A stretch of DNA of 64,000 bases from Eledone cirrhosa (Eukaryota). Positions 63,501 to 64,000 of this stretch are shown here, piece by piece (the stretch's first letter is position 1; every line of letters starts with the position of its first letter). The notes beneath the pieces were generated by a model, which saw only the letters and a list, made by a program, of their open reading frames with translations, was not told the DNA's origin and searched no databases. A program made the translations under genes and the position numbers. The stretch is taken from contig OZ024762.1 of the NCBI GenBank assembly GCA_964016885.1, positions 11,904,001 through 11,968,000 on the forward strand. The letters are read 5' to 3'.

Positions 63501-64000
63501 AGCCACCATATATATATATATACACACACACACACATTTCACATATATATACATATACACACACACACATATATATACATACACACATATATACATACAT
63601 ACATACACATATACATACACATACATATATACATACATACACACATACATACATACATACACATGTACACATACAAATAGATATACACACATACACATAT
63701 ATACACACACCTATATATTTATATACACACACACATATATATATAAATATATACATACACACATACAGACACATATATATACACATACATATGTACACGT
63801 ACACACACCACGAACACACAAAAAGTTAAGAAAAATTTGTCAGTAAAAAATTTGATTTTCTTTGGAATAATTGCTGACTTCTCAACAATGGGGTCAATGT
63901 TGTGAGGGGGGAGGGGTGACAAATAGAGACAGACAGAGAGAGGGTGAGAGAGAGACAAAGAGGGAGAGAGAGAGCGGGAGACACAGACATAGAGAGAGAG

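Overview
Animal genomic DNA, AT-rich and dominated by microsatellites, minisatellites, tRNA-derived SINEs, LINE fragments and MITEs. The repeat complement suggests a cephalopod (octopus-like), which is an inference. There are two convergent protein-coding genes. (1) On the + strand, an uncharacterised ~1550-aa low-complexity protein lies almost entirely in one 4.6-kb exon (15128-19734) plus a small terminal exon (19821-19869). It has a myristoylation-like N-terminus, a KKRxAPPPP motif, a polyproline tract and WH2-like segments. (2) On the - strand, a TBC1D22-family Rab-GAP has 11 coding exon positions traced by hand from 53190 to the stop at 32112, all with consistent phases; the first coding exon is probably beyond the window. 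Main observation: the 66-nt exon carrying the catalytic arginine finger (IxxDxxR) exists as two divergent intact copies (43319-43384 and 40236-40301), a likely mutually exclusive pair. The intron between them holds a ~90-nt imperfect inverted repeat that could form an RNA duplex starting just after the first copy's donor. Also present are several minimal hammerhead-ribozyme motifs and related fold-back palindromes next to (TA)n tracts (Penelope-like), a Helitron, and several minisatellites grown out of transposons. Nearly all other ORFs in the track are simple-repeat artefacts. All calls were made by eye; repeat boundaries are approximate.
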